From contig CAIQNV010000049.1 of assembly GCA_903873295.1 (NCBI GenBank), positions 20,041-84,040 on the forward strand: a DNA stretch of 64,000 nucleotides, in the 5' to 3' direction. Under the pieces are notes generated by a model. The model was given only the letters and a program-made list of their open reading frames with translations. It made no database searches and was not told the DNA's origin. The position numbers and the translations under genes were made by a program. The DNA comes from an uncultured Elusimicrobia bacterium. Its GTDB lineage: Bacteria > Elusimicrobiota > Elusimicrobia > Elusimicrobiales > UBA9959. The stretch's first letter is position 1. Each line of letters starts with the position of its first letter. Shown here in pieces: positions 27,843 to 38,792 of the stretch.

Positions 27843-28775
27843 ATGAAAAAGATATTTATGCTCTACCTGCTGCTGGCTCTGCCGGCGGAGGCTTACGCCT
27901 CGGGGGCCGGGACTACGGCGGCGCCTTTTCTTAAGGCGGCCATGAGCCCGCGCGCGGTGGCCCTGGGGGGGGCTTTCAGCGCCCTGGCGGACGATTCCGG
28001 CGCGGTCTTCGTTAACCCGGCGGGTCTGGCGTTGTTCGACAGGCGGGAGGCGGCGCTCGATTTCAGCACCTACCTGCAGGACGCCAAGATGGGCAACCTT
28101 TCCTACGCCGGCATGATGGGCTTGCACAGGTTTGGCCTTGGAGTCACTTTTATGACGGTGGGGGGGATCGCAAAGACGCTTAACGACACACCCTCATCAG
28201 GCGCCGTGCCGGAGCTGGGCACTTTTGACGCCAGCGATATGGCCGTCACCCTGGCCTACGCCAAGAAAGAATTCGCTCCCGAGCTGATGCCGCGCCTGGA
28301 CGGCGGCTTCTCGCTTAAATTCATCCGCTCGGCCATAGATACCAAGACCGCCTTCGCGGTCGCGGTCGACGCGGGCGTCATCTACCGGACCACGGAAAAA
28401 ATCAACCTGTCCATGGCGCTCCAGAATTTGGGCACCAAAATGAAGTTCGTGGAGGAGTCGGACCCGCTGCCGCTTAACCTGCGCGCGGGAGCTCTTTACA
28501 AGGCCTCGGAGAAACTTAATGTGGCGGTCGAGATAAACGAATATCTGCAGGATAATAAGATCTATCCCTCTCTCGGCGCGGAATACTGGTTCCGCAATGC
28601 CCTCGCCCTGCGCGGCGGCTACAAGTTCGGCTACGATACCGCCAACCTGGGGTCCGAGGTGGGTCTCAGTCTGGGCTTCGGAATAAAGGTGCAGGGCCTC
28701 GGCGTCGATTACGCCTTCCTGCCTTTCGGCGACCTGGGAAGCATCCACCGCTTCGGCGTCTGGATGCAGTTCTAG
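27843..28775 (+). CDS. PorV/PorQ-family outer-membrane barrel (T9SS shuttle-like)
   Basis: Signal peptide; GTTAAPFLK...SPRAVALGGAFSALADDSGAVFVNPAGL N-terminal signature; DYAFLPFGDLG.IHRF and terminal Phe. Confidence 0.88.
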   Translation: MKKIFMLYLLLALPAEAYASGAGTTAAPFLKAAMSPRAVALGGAFSALADDSGAVFVNPAGLALFDRREAALDFSTYLQDAKMGNLSYAGMMGLHRFGLGVTFMTVGGIAKTLNDTPSSGAVPELGTFDASDMAVTLAYAKKEFAPELMPRLDGGFSLKFIRSAIDTKTAFAVAVDAGVIYRTTEKINLSMALQNLGTKMKFVEESDPLPLNLRAGALYKASEKLNVAVEINEYLQDNKIYPSLGAEYWFRNALALRGGYKFGYDTANLGSEVGLSLGFGIKVQGLGVDYAFLPFGDLGSIHRFGVWMQF

Positions 28776-28784
28776 TGCCTGTCC

Positions 28785-29432
28785 CTACAGTATAAAATCT
28801 TCATTAGGCCAATCCCCCGGAGTTCCTTCCACCGTGGTAAGCCGCTGGTCTTCCTGCGAGGCCGCGCTCATTTTTTTATAAGATTCTTTGAGCTCGGTAA
28901 GGGAGACGTCGGACCTTTTTATCTTCATCATCACAAAGTAGCTGACGGCGCCCGTGGCCGCCGATACCGGCAGCACATAGAGCCAGGCGTTGGACTTCAG
29001 CATGTAAATAAGCGCGGCGCAAAGAAAGGTCCAGAACGAAACCGAGAAGCTGGCTCCGGACAGGACGTAGGCCACGATTATATTATGTTCCTCGTTTTTT
29101 GAAAGAGAAAGTATTATGGCTATCAGCGCTATATTTATAAGCGCGAGATAAAGGGCGCGCGTGACCCAGTTCTTCCAGCGGTATTTCGAGAGCATTATGG
29201 TGCCGTAGATGGGATGGTTCACCATAATGGCGTCCTCAAAGCTGATTTCGGCCGCGAACTGCTGTATCTTAGGCGTCTCTTTGCCGGCGCCGGGATCGTA
29301 GTCGAAGGATTGCTCCTCGGGCCGGGTGTTGACCTGGGCAGCCAGCGGGGAGGGGCAGAAGGCCGCCGCCAGCGCCAGCGCGGAGATAAAAAGAAGGGCC
29401 GCCCGTCCGCCCGGCCGTTTATTGGTTTTCAT
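28785..29432 (-). CDS. Hypothetical membrane protein (signal peptide + ~3 TM helices)
   Basis: Hydrophobic segments; overlaps upstream small ORF; ATG 29432 chosen. Confidence 0.65.
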   Translation of the reverse strand: MKTNKRPGGRAALLFISALALAAAFCPSPLAAQVNTRPEEQSFDYDPGAGKETPKIQQFAAEISFEDAIMVNHPIYGTIMLSKYRWKNWVTRALYLALINIALIAIILSLSKNEEHNIIVAYVLSGASFSVSFWTFLCAALIYMLKSNAWLYVLPVSAATGAVSYFVMMKIKRSDVSLTELKESYKKMSAASQEDQRLTTVEGTPGDWPNEDFIL

Positions 29433-29715
29433 TTTCCCCCATCTTCGGCACCGACGGCTTTGATTCCCCGTCAAGGCGGTAATATTGAGTGGCTCCCGAG
29501 CGCAGCTTCGTCGGGGTGTACTGCACCTCTCTGAGCTTGCTCTGCTGCGTTTTTGTGGGCGCCGTCTTCCTGATATTTATATTCTGGCGCACCGTGATGC
29601 GGTCGGTAAAATGCCAATAGGACGATACGAAGGCCCCTATGCTGCAGGCCAGTATTACCCCGGAGAGGAAGTACTGTTCCCTGTCCCTGCGTATCCAGAA
29701 TTTGCGAATGTTCAC
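29419..29715 (-). CDS. Hypothetical single-TM protein
   Basis: GTG start after AAGGAG RBS; one TM helix; fills the gap downstream of hemW. Confidence 0.55.
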   Translation of the reverse strand: MNIRKFWIRRDREQYFLSGVILACSIGAFVSSYWHFTDRITVRQNINIRKTAPTKTQQSKLREVQYTPTKLRSGATQYYRLDGESKPSVPKMGENENQ

Positions 29716-29762
29716 TTAAGCTCCTTCAGGCTGAGCATCTTATCCTTTGGAAGGTCCGCACT

Positions 29763-30854
29763 TTATACGAATTCGCGAAAAACGGCGTTGGACACGTAAA
29801 GACGGTCTTCTTTTATCTTTATCCGGCGGCCGCTTTTTTCAAGAAGGCCGGCTTCCGTCAGCCGGTCCGTTTCCTCCTTGAATTCTATAAATATATCGTC
29901 AGGCAGTTCAATTCCGGCGGTCTTGCGCAGGCCCAGCATTATTTTTTCCGCATTTTTCTTCCGGCCGGAGAGGGTTTCCCTGTACTGCAGCGGGATCTCA
30001 TCCCCGGCCAGAGCTGTTTTTACGTAGGCTGCGGTGCCGGCGGTGTTGGCCCGCCGTTCCCCGCCCAGGTAGGAGGCCGCCGAGGGGCCTAGGCCGAGGT
30101 ATTCGCCCTGTTCCCAGTAATTAAGATTATGGACGGACTCCCGCCCCGGCTGGGAGAAATTAGAGATCTCGTAGCGGCGGAAGCCGGCCAGTTTGAGCGC
30201 GGCCGCCCCCGCCTCGTACATATCGGCCGCCGCCTCGGGCTCCTCCTCCACCCCGGCCGCGGAGAACGGCGTTCCTCCGTGCACTTCCAGCGCGTAGAAG
30301 GAAACGTGCTCCGGTCTGAGTTTAAGGAGCCAGTCGATAGAGGCAGCAAAATCCTTAAGCGTCTGACCGGGCAGGCCGCACATCAGGTCCGCGTTCATGT
30401 TATCAAAGCCGGCGGCGCGCAGCAGGCCGAAGGCTTTTAGAAAATCCCCGGACATTGCCACTCGGCCCAGCCGCTTCAGAAGGTCGTCCTGGCAGGCCTG
30501 CAGGCCCAGGCTTATCCGGCTTATGCCGGCTTTTTTCAGCAGCCCGGCTTTCTCCGCGTCCAGGCTTTCCGGGTTGACCTCAAAGGTGCTTTCCTCCAGG
30601 CCACGCAGCGGCCCGGTTAAACCTGAAATAACCGAAAAAAGTTTTTCCAGCTGTTCCGCGGAAAGCAGGCTGGGCGTGCCGCCGCCGACATAAAGGGTGT
30701 TGAACTTCCCCGCCAGGCCGGCATAGGAGGAAGCCTCCTTCTCAAGCGCCTTAAGAAAAGCGTCCGTCTCTTCGGGCGTTCCCGGGGCGGAGGCAAAATC
30801 GCAATAACCGCACTTGGCCCGGCAGAACGGGATATGTAGATAAAGGCCCCTCAT
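29763..30854 (-). CDS. hemW: Radical SAM heme chaperone HemW (HemN-like)
   Basis: LYLHIPFCRAKCGYCDF, GGGTPS, YEISNF, HNLNYW, YLGLGPSA. Confidence 0.92.
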   Translation of the reverse strand: MRGLYLHIPFCRAKCGYCDFASAPGTPEETDAFLKALEKEASSYAGLAGKFNTLYVGGGTPSLLSAEQLEKLFSVISGLTGPLRGLEESTFEVNPESLDAEKAGLLKKAGISRISLGLQACQDDLLKRLGRVAMSGDFLKAFGLLRAAGFDNMNADLMCGLPGQTLKDFAASIDWLLKLRPEHVSFYALEVHGGTPFSAAGVEEEPEAAADMYEAGAAALKLAGFRRYEISNFSQPGRESVHNLNYWEQGEYLGLGPSAASYLGGERRANTAGTAAYVKTALAGDEIPLQYRETLSGRKKNAEKIMLGLRKTAGIELPDDIFIEFKEETDRLTEAGLLEKSGRRIKIKEDRLYVSNAVFREFV

Positions 30855-30915
30855 GTATAGATTATAGCGAAGTAGCGGACTCCGAAGCGGGTAATAATGA
30901 GATCGCCGGGGAAAT

Positions 30916-30950
30916 AAAAAACGGGAGCGGTTGATTCCGCCCCCGTTTTT
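30916..30950. terminator. Rho-independent terminator after slipin gene (potentially bidirectional)
   Basis: A6-CGGGAGCGG-loop-CCGCCCCCG-T5. Confidence 0.7.
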
Positions 30951-30975
30951 CGCGTTTTGCCGCTTTGCTATGTCA

Positions 30976-31728
30976 CTATTTCACAGCGGGCTGGTCTTTC
31001 TTCATGAACAGGCTCAGCAGGTCTAAAGGCACCGGGAAGATTATGGTCGAGTTCTTCTCCACGGAGATCTCGGACAGGGTCTGCAGGTACCTGAGCTGGA
31101 TGGCGGCGGGATGTACGGTCATGATCTGTGCCGCGTCGGAGAGCTTCTGGGCGGCCTGGAATTCGCCCTCGGCGTGGATGACCTTGGCGCGGCGCTCGCG
31201 TTCGGCTTCGGCCTGTTTGGCGATGGCGCGCTGCATTTCCTGCGGCAGGTCCACGTTCTTCACTTCCACGCTGGAGATCTTGATGCCCCAGGGCTCGGTG
31301 TGCTGGTCCAGGATCTCCTGGAGGTTCTTGTTGATCTTGTCTCGCTGGGCGAGCAGGTCGTCCAGCTCCTGCTGCCCGAGCACGCTCCTGAGCGTGGTCT
31401 GCGCGAGCTGGCTGGTGGCGTACATATAGTTCTCTACGTTAAGGACAGCGGCCTGGGGATCGACGACCCTGAAGTAAATAACGGCGTTGACCTTTACCGA
31501 GATGTTGTCGCGGGTGATCACGTCCTGCGGGGGCACGTCGAGAACCACCACGCGCGTGCTCATGCGGAACATCTGCTGCACGCCGGGGATAAGGAAGATC
31601 AGGCCCGGGCCCTTTACGCCCGTGAAGCGGCCGAGCGTAAGCGTTACGCCGCGCTCGTACTCGTTAAGGATCTTTATGCTGGCAAAAAGAAGCACTACGA
31701 CGATTATCACTAAAGGCGCTAAACCCAT
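30976..31728 (-). CDS. SPFH/band-7 slipin family membrane protein
   Basis: GGAGG RBS before ATG 31728; [45 protein letters not shown]. Confidence 0.95.
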   Translation of the reverse strand: MGLAPLVIIVVVLLFASIKILNEYERGVTLTLGRFTGVKGPGLIFLIPGVQQMFRMSTRVVVLDVPPQDVITRDNISVKVNAVIYFRVVDPQAAVLNVENYMYATSQLAQTTLRSVLGQQELDDLLAQRDKINKNLQEILDQHTEPWGIKISSVEVKNVDLPQEMQRAIAKQAEAERERRAKVIHAEGEFQAAQKLSDAAQIMTVHPAAIQLRYLQTLSEISVEKNSTIIFPVPLDLLSLFMKKDQPAVK

Positions 31729-31858
31729 TTTAACCTCCGTCCGAGCATAGATTTGCTGCACTTTAAGTCTACTAAAGAAGCCGGCGGAAAGCAAAGCGCG
31801 CTGGCCTGGCCGCGGTAAATTTTGTAATATATATCCTGTATAAAGGTCTTTACACTCT

Positions 31859-34287
<2,429 letters not shown>

Positions 34288-34334
34288 TTTTCTTCATTAA
34301 ACCGCGCTTTGGCGTTGGATCCGGAAAATTCCGT

Positions 34335-35834
34335 ATGGACAAAACTGCGTATTTGAGCGTTTATGACAAGGCCGGGGCGGAGGAATTCGCACGGGGGCTG
34401 GGGGAGCTGGGGTTCGCGGTTTACGCCTCCGGCTCGACCTATAAGCTTTTAGCGGAGGCCGGGATAGAGGTGGAGGAGGTGCGCTATTCTCCGCCGGTGC
34501 CTTACGCCGTGCTGAAGGCGCTGTCGGGGCGCTTTCCGGCCGTTTCGGAGAACGGCGTGGAGCTGCCGCGCTTTTATGTGGTGGCCGCGAACCTCTACCC
34601 TATCGCCAGCATCGTCGGGCAGGAGGAGTTCGCCATAGAGGAACTTTCCAATTACCTGGACCAGTCCAACTCCGCCGTGCTGCGCGCCGCCGCGCGCGAC
34701 TTTGAGAGCGTCATAACCGTCGCGAGCCCCGTGGATTACGGGCCCGTGCTGCGGGCTCTTAAGGAGGCCGGCGGCCTTGCGCCGGAACTAAAGAAGCAGC
34801 TGGCCGCCAGGGCCTGGCAGTGTCTGGCCGCGTACGACGCCACCGTGGCGCAGTATCTTTCCGAAACCGGAAACCTGCTGGGCGACGAAGTGGTGCTGTG
34901 CCTGAAAAAAGTGACGGACCTGGATTACGGCGAGAACCGCCACCAGAAAGCCGCCTTTTACGCGCTCAGCGGCGCCCGCCCCCGCGGCCTGAACGCCGCC
35001 AAGATCATTAAGGGCGCCGGGCTTAACCTCAACCATTACCTCGATCTGGACACCGCTTTCGAGCTGGCGCTTGAATTCGACGGGCCCGTCTGCGTTATTT
35101 CCAAGCACGACAGGCCCACCGGGGTCTGCGCCGGCGGCACGCAGGCGGAGTGTCTGCGCGGCGCTTTAAAGAGCGATCCGGCGGGGGCCGTCGGCGGCAC
35201 CGCGGCTTTCAACCGGCAGGTCGAGGCCGAAACCGCCGGGGTGCTTGCTGAAACTTTTATAGAGGCCGTGGTCGCCCCGGGCTACGGCCCGGAGGCGCTT
35301 AAAATGCTGCGGGCCAAGGAAGGCCTGCGGATAGTGTCGCTGCCCGCCCCGGTGCTTTCGCCCTACGAAGTAGAGCTGTGCTCTGTTTCCGGCGGGGTGC
35401 TTATTGAGGCTAAGGACAACAGGCTTTTTTCGGCGGAGCCTTCCTGTGTGACCAGGCGCCGGCCCACTGACGCCGAAACGCGCGCCCTGCTGCTGGCCTG
35501 GAAAACCGTTAAATACGCCAAAACCTACGCCGCGGCGCTCGCCGAAGGGCGCAGCACCATAGCCGTCAGCGCCTCGGAGAGTTCCACCTATGACGCGGTC
35601 AGGAATGCCCTGTGGAAAATGCGGGACAAGCGGTCCATCCTGCCGGGCTCCGGCCCGCTGGTGCTGGCCGCGGACGCGGCTTTGCCGCTTAAAACTTTAC
35701 AGGCGGCGCTGGCGGGGGGAGTAAGCGCCGTGATACAGCCCGGCGGCTGGCAGGACGACGAAGACTGCGTCCGGCTGTGCGATTCAAAAGGCGCGGCCAT
35801 GCTCTTCGCCGGTATCCGCCACTTCAGACACTAA
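34335..35834 (+). CDS. Divergent PurH-like protein (IMP cyclohydrolase/AICAR transformylase fold)
   Basis: LSVYDK, YGENRHQ, SKH, IQPGG and terminal RHFRH retained; several canonical motifs degenerate. Confidence 0.8.
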   Translation: MDKTAYLSVYDKAGAEEFARGLGELGFAVYASGSTYKLLAEAGIEVEEVRYSPPVPYAVLKALSGRFPAVSENGVELPRFYVVAANLYPIASIVGQEEFAIEELSNYLDQSNSAVLRAAARDFESVITVASPVDYGPVLRALKEAGGLAPELKKQLAARAWQCLAAYDATVAQYLSETGNLLGDEVVLCLKKVTDLDYGENRHQKAAFYALSGARPRGLNAAKIIKGAGLNLNHYLDLDTAFELALEFDGPVCVISKHDRPTGVCAGGTQAECLRGALKSDPAGAVGGTAAFNRQVEAETAGVLAETFIEAVVAPGYGPEALKMLRAKEGLRIVSLPAPVLSPYEVELCSVSGGVLIEAKDNRLFSAEPSCVTRRRPTDAETRALLLAWKTVKYAKTYAAALAEGRSTIAVSASESSTYDAVRNALWKMRDKRSILPGSGPLVLAADAALPLKTLQAALAGGVSAVIQPGGWQDDEDCVRLCDSKGAAMLFAGIRHFRH

Positions 35835-35886
35835 ACTAACTTATCCGCGGGATGCTTAGTCGGGGCCTACCGCAGGGGAGTCGGGG

Positions 35887-36006
35887 TCCTGGCGAGGGAT
35901 TGCCCATTCCGCCGCGCAGGAACCGTTGCGCGGTTCCCCCCAGCCGGGATAATCAGGCTGGGGCCCCCCTCCCCAAAGCGGCTCCAGGGCAACCCCTCGC
36001 CACCCC
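35887..36006. other. Multibranch intergenic stem-loop element
   Basis: TGGCGAGGGATTGCCC pairs with GGGCAACCCCTCGCCA; internal hairpins GGAACCG/CGGTTCC and CCCCAGCC/GGCTGGGG. Confidence 0.55.
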
Positions 36007-36054
36007 TCCGGTTTGGCTTATTTTTAAAAAAGCCATGCTTGCCGTGTCGCGAGA

Positions 36055-36192
36055 CTGGCGGAGACCGTGTGGGCCGGGTTAGCAAAACCTTCTTGAGGGT
36101 GAGGCTTGCATAGCGCCGAACCCGAGAGATGAGGGAGGCCGCGGTGTGGCCGACCGCGTTTTCCGTTCCGGCCCACACGGCATGCCGCCCAG
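36055..36192 (+). ncRNA. Candidate structured RNA/ssDNA motif, copy A (upstream of glnS)
   Basis: Shares CCGGGTTAGCAAAACC, GCTTGCATA, GAGGCCRCGGTGTGGCCGA and CGCGTTTTSCGTTCCGG with the reverse complement of 50334-50467; stems differ in sequence but still pair. Confidence 0.6.
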
Positions 36193-36242
36193 CGCTAATC
36201 CACATTAAACCCCGAAGACTTATAAATTGTTATAATTTTATT

Positions 36243-37937
36243 ATGGAAAACCAAGAGCCTAAGTCCAATTTTATACGCGAGATCATCGACGCTGACCTGG
36301 CTTCGGGCAAATCCGAAGGCCGCGTGCACACGCGCTTCCCGCCGGAACCCAACGGCTATCTGCATATCGGCCACGCCAAATCCATCTGCCTCAACTCCGG
36401 CCTCGCCCGCGACTATAAGGGGAAATTCAACCTCCGCTTCGACGACACTAATCCGTCCAAGGAAGAGCAGGAGTACGTGGATTCCATAGTCGAGGACGTG
36501 AAATGGCTCGGCGGCGACTTCGAAGACCGCCTATTTTTCGCCTCCGACTATTTCCCGCAGATGTACGACTGGGCCATGGCGCTGGTTAAAAAAGGCAAAG
36601 CTTATGTCTGCGACCAGACCCCGGAAGAGGTCCGCCGGTCCCGCGGCACCCCCAGTGAGCCGGGTAAAGACAGCCCCTTCCGCAACCGGTCCATAGAAGA
36701 GAACGCCGACCTGTTCGAGCGCATGAAGAACGGCGAGTTTCCCGACGGTTCCCGCGTGCTGCGCGCCAAGATAGACATGGCCCACCCGAACCTGTACCTG
36801 CGCGACCCCGTGATGTACCGCATCCTGCACGCCGAACACCACCGCCAGGGGGGGAAGTGGTGCGTCTATCCTATGTACGACTGGGCTCACGGTCTAGAGG
36901 ATTCCATCGAGCAGATCACCCATTCCATCTGCACCCTTGAGTTCGAGAATCACCGGCCGCTATACGACTGGTTCCTGAACGCGCTGGAGACCTACCATCC
37001 CCGGCAGATAGAATTTGCCCGCCTGAACCTGAGCAACACCGTTCTGAGCAAGCGCAAACTGCTCGAGCTGGTGCGGGATAACCATGTCAGCGGCTGGGAC
37101 GATCCGCGCATGCCCACCATCTCCGGGCTGCGGCGCAGGGGCTATACCTCTGATTCCATCCGGGCTTTCTGCGCGGAGATAGGCGTGGCCAAGTTCAACA
37201 GCATCGTGGATATCTGGGTGCTGGAAAACTCCCTCCGCAACGAACTGAACAAGACCGCGACCCGCGTGATGGCGGTGCTGCGCCCGCTGAAAGTGGTGAT
37301 AGATAATTACCCCCAGGACCAGGCGGAGGAGATGGACCTGGTGAATAACCCCGAAGACCCCGCCGCGGGCGCCCGCAAGGTGCCGTTCTGCCGGGAGATC
37401 TATGTCGAGCAGGACGACTTCAAGGAAGTCCCGCCGCCTAAATTCTTCCGCCTGACTCCCGGCCGGGAAGTGCGACTGCGCTCCGCCTATATAATCAAGT
37501 GCGTGGAAGCGGTCAAGGACGCGGCTGGAAACGTCACGGAAGTCCGCTGCACCTACGATCCGGCGACGCGCGGGGGCACCGCGCCCGACGGCCGCAAAAT
37601 AAAAGGCACTATCCACTGGGTTTCGGCCCGGCACGGGTTCGCCGCCCCGGTGCGGCTGTATGACGCGCTGTTCACCAAGCGCGCGCCCGAGGACGTTGAA
37701 GAAGGCCGGGACTTCAAGGAAAACCTGAATCCAGCGTCGCTGGAGACCATAAATAACGCCTGGTGCGAGCCGGGCCTGAAGAACGTTCCCGCCGCCTCGC
37801 GGTTCCAGTTCGAGCGGCTGGGTTACTTTTTTACGGACCCCCGGGATTCGAAGCCCGGCGCCCCGGTCTTTAACCGCACGGTGACGCTGAAGGACACCTG
37901 GGCCAGGATAGAACAAAAAGATCCGGCGGCGAAGTAG
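36243..37937 (+). CDS. glnS: Glutamine--tRNA ligase
   Basis: [48 protein letters not shown]; ATG 36243. Confidence 0.97.
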   Translation: MENQEPKSNFIREIIDADLASGKSEGRVHTRFPPEPNGYLHIGHAKSICLNSGLARDYKGKFNLRFDDTNPSKEEQEYVDSIVEDVKWLGGDFEDRLFFASDYFPQMYDWAMALVKKGKAYVCDQTPEEVRRSRGTPSEPGKDSPFRNRSIEENADLFERMKNGEFPDGSRVLRAKIDMAHPNLYLRDPVMYRILHAEHHRQGGKWCVYPMYDWAHGLEDSIEQITHSICTLEFENHRPLYDWFLNALETYHPRQIEFARLNLSNTVLSKRKLLELVRDNHVSGWDDPRMPTISGLRRRGYTSDSIRAFCAEIGVAKFNSIVDIWVLENSLRNELNKTATRVMAVLRPLKVVIDNYPQDQAEEMDLVNNPEDPAAGARKVPFCREIYVEQDDFKEVPPPKFFRLTPGREVRLRSAYIIKCVEAVKDAAGNVTEVRCTYDPATRGGTAPDGRKIKGTIHWVSARHGFAAPVRLYDALFTKRAPEDVEEGRDFKENLNPASLETINNAWCEPGLKNVPAASRFQFERLGYFFTDPRDSKPGAPVFNRTVTLKDTWARIEQKDPAAK

Positions 37938-37940
37938 ACT

Positions 37941-38783
37941 ATGAAACACATAAAAAACGTGATCCTGTTTTATAATTCCAAACGGCGCAAAGCGCTGACC
38001 TACTCCGCGGCCATAGAGCGCAGGCTGCGCCAGGGCGGGGCTAAAGTCCTGAAGATATGCGTTAACGACGCCTTCCGCGGCTTTAAGACGGCCGACGCGG
38101 CCGTGGCCGTGGGCGGGGACGGCACGGTGCTTTACGCCGCCCGCCACGTGGTGGACCGCGGGCTGCCGGTACTGGGGATAAACGCCGGAGGCCTCGGCTT
38201 CCTCAGCGGCATAGAGCAGAAAGAATTTTTAAGGAGCGCGGACGTGTTCCTTAGGGGCGGGTTCAAGAAAATAAAGCGCAGTCTGCTTTCGGTCAGCGTG
38301 GTCCGCGGGCGCAAAACGGTTTCCGGCCCGCTGCCGGCGCTTAACGACTGCGTGATACACAGCCCCGAATCCCGCGCCTTCACGCTGCGCGCCTCTTTCG
38401 GGAACCAGTTCCTTTCCGAATACTTCGGGGACGGGCTCATCGTTTCCACCCCGAGCGGCTCTACCGCTTACAGCCTGGCAGCCTCCGGCCCGATAGTGAT
38501 GCCCGACCTGGAGGTTTTCCTTCTTACCCCCGTCTGTCCGCACACTCTGACTCACCGCCCTATTGTTCTTTCGGCGTGCGAGGCGCTTAAGGTGGCCGTC
38601 CATGGCGGCCATTCGGCGCCGCTGGTGCTGTCGCTCTCCATGGACGGGCAGGAGACTTTCCGTCTTGAGCCCGGAGACACGGTTCTGGTGCGGCGGCATC
38701 CGCGCAGTTTCGAGATGCTCGCCCCGGCGGGATTTTCGTATTTCGATATCCTCCGCCGCAAACTGAGCTGGGGAGAGCGCTAG
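37941..38783 (+). CDS. nadK: NAD kinase
   Basis: GGDGT, ALND, DGLIVSTPSGSTAYSLAASGP. Confidence 0.95.
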   Translation: MKHIKNVILFYNSKRRKALTYSAAIERRLRQGGAKVLKICVNDAFRGFKTADAAVAVGGDGTVLYAARHVVDRGLPVLGINAGGLGFLSGIEQKEFLRSADVFLRGGFKKIKRSLLSVSVVRGRKTVSGPLPALNDCVIHSPESRAFTLRASFGNQFLSEYFGDGLIVSTPSGSTAYSLAASGPIVMPDLEVFLLTPVCPHTLTHRPIVLSACEALKVAVHGGHSAPLVLSLSMDGQETFRLEPGDTVLVRRHPRSFEMLAPAGFSYFDILRRKLSWGER

Positions 38784-38792
38784 CGCTACGAC

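Noticed and set aside
35936-35965. TPP-riboswitch-like GGATAAT hairpin
   Set aside because: Lacks the GCTGAGA and ACCTGA elements; no thiamine-related gene adjacent
36055-36192. Integron attC interpretation of the two-copy motif (contains GTTAGC/GCTAAC)
   Set aside because: Core sites are not arranged as RYYYAAC...GTTRRRY inverted ends; flanking genes are housekeeping and no integrase is present
36129-36242. N-terminal extension of GlnRS in the ORF track
   Set aside because: Runs through the structured element; homology starts near ATG 36243
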